Assembly: GCA_964016885.1 (NCBI GenBank)
Contig: OZ024741.1
Span: 306,714,001-306,778,000, forward strand
Length of the DNA: 64,000 bases
Origin: Eledone cirrhosa
Lineage: Eukaryota
Direction of reading: 5' to 3'
The position numbers and the translations under genes were made by a program. Position 1 is the stretch's first letter; each line of letters opens with the position of its first letter. Of the stretch, positions 62,966 to 64,000 are shown piece by piece. The notes under the pieces were generated by a model, which was not told the origin of the DNA, did not search any database, and saw only the letters and a program-made list of their open reading frames with translations.

Positions 62966-63813
62966 CTCTATACATGGAGGAGATGACCCATAAAAAAAGA
63001 CATGATAATAACTAGAGCTCTAGCCTAATATTGTTCTCCACAATCGCATATCAGATTGATTCTAATGTAGAGAAAATGAAACAAGATTATAGCCATTAGT
63101 CTCTTAATCATTTTGATACAAAACAGCCTGAAACTACCCTGGTTCTATGCTACAAAATTGTTTATTTTAAAGGGTTTATATTTATCTAAAAACCTTCCCC
63201 TATAATTTTCTGTAAGAACATTTGTTAACACTTTTGATACCAAACAACATAATTTTATATATGAGCATTTATTAAGTGATGCTCCTAAAACCAGCTTAAT
63301 AATGAGAAAGTTAGTGATATTACTAAAACCCTGCCTAAATAATAGGCAGTCTTTTATTAGAAATATATTAATGAAAACATTGAGATGTTACACTTCCTAA
63401 TAACCAAATTTATACTATGAAAGATTAATAATTTTGTATTCAATATCATAGTGTGTCATTAACATCACACCCTTTTTTCTATTTTAAATTTTAAGCATAA
63501 CAAAAATAAAAAAACAAAACAAAACAAGTTACACTTAATTTCTAAAGAAATGACGATCATATTTAAGAAACACTAGCAGAAGAAATACTTTTGTTTATAT
63601 TTTTGTGCGAAATAAATACTTTTGTTTATATTTTGCTATTGTGTATGCAAAAATATATGTACACGGATATATAATTATATATATATATATTAAAATAACA
63701 GATTAAAGTTTAAGCAAAGAATCGCTGCTTTCACCCTTAACGGGATCTTCTGAAACTAAAAAAAATCAATCTGTGAACGCAGAAGTAAATATTTCGAAAA
63801 ACGTTACACACTA

Positions 63814-64000
63814 TCATCATCATCATCATCATCATTATCATCGTTTAACGTCCATCTTCCACGCTAGCATGGGTTTGGACGGGAATTGTCCCACTTGAGG
63901 CAAGATTGGTTGTCTTGCTCAGGACTGTCTGGCGGGTTTTCTACGGCTGGATGCCCTTCCTAACGCCAACCACGTTTACAGTGTGGACTGGGAGGTTTTT
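63814..64000 (-). mobile_element. 3' end of an RTE-family element running off the window
   Basis: (CAT)n tail followed by the same 3' UTR as 47707-47860. Confidence 0.8.

Noticed and set aside
63530-63600. Possible signal-peptide exon (TKVFLLLVFL, minus strand)
   Set aside because: No in-frame ATG (a stop lies directly upstream) and the frame closes before a usable donor.

Overview
AT-rich, repeat-dense eukaryotic DNA. The SINEs and RTE LINEs with (GAT)n tails resemble octopod cephalopod repeats (inference). Almost the whole window lies inside one minus-strand multi-exon gene (at least 3265-59641; 5' end not found) that the ORF track mostly misses. Its internal exons are all frame-symmetric (phase 1-1). 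There are five intact six-cysteine modules (VWC N-terminal subdomain / pacifastin-like, C-x18-CNxCxC-x3-G-x3-C[TS]xxxC) and ten 63-nt microexons, each encoding one C-x4-C motif. Seven microexons (GTK..SDRCNG[D/V/F]NC[R/H]PSEDR) sit in a recent 37-kb tandem array (15524-52662) of ~4.2-kb units, and all keep intact splice sites. Cys spacing and flanking-intron similarity suggest the microexons are cut-down versions of the large exons that kept only the terminal CxxxxC loop, which is the reactive-site loop in pacifastins. The introns hold many mobile elements: RTE, RTEX-like, CRE-like and L1/Tx1-like LINEs, a Penelope element with long inverted repeats, candidate hammerhead ribozymes, nested hAT/MITE/solo-LTR insertions, a Buster hAT, mariner, DD37D Tc1/mariner and a Helitron-like element. 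All alignments were done by eye; no searches were run.
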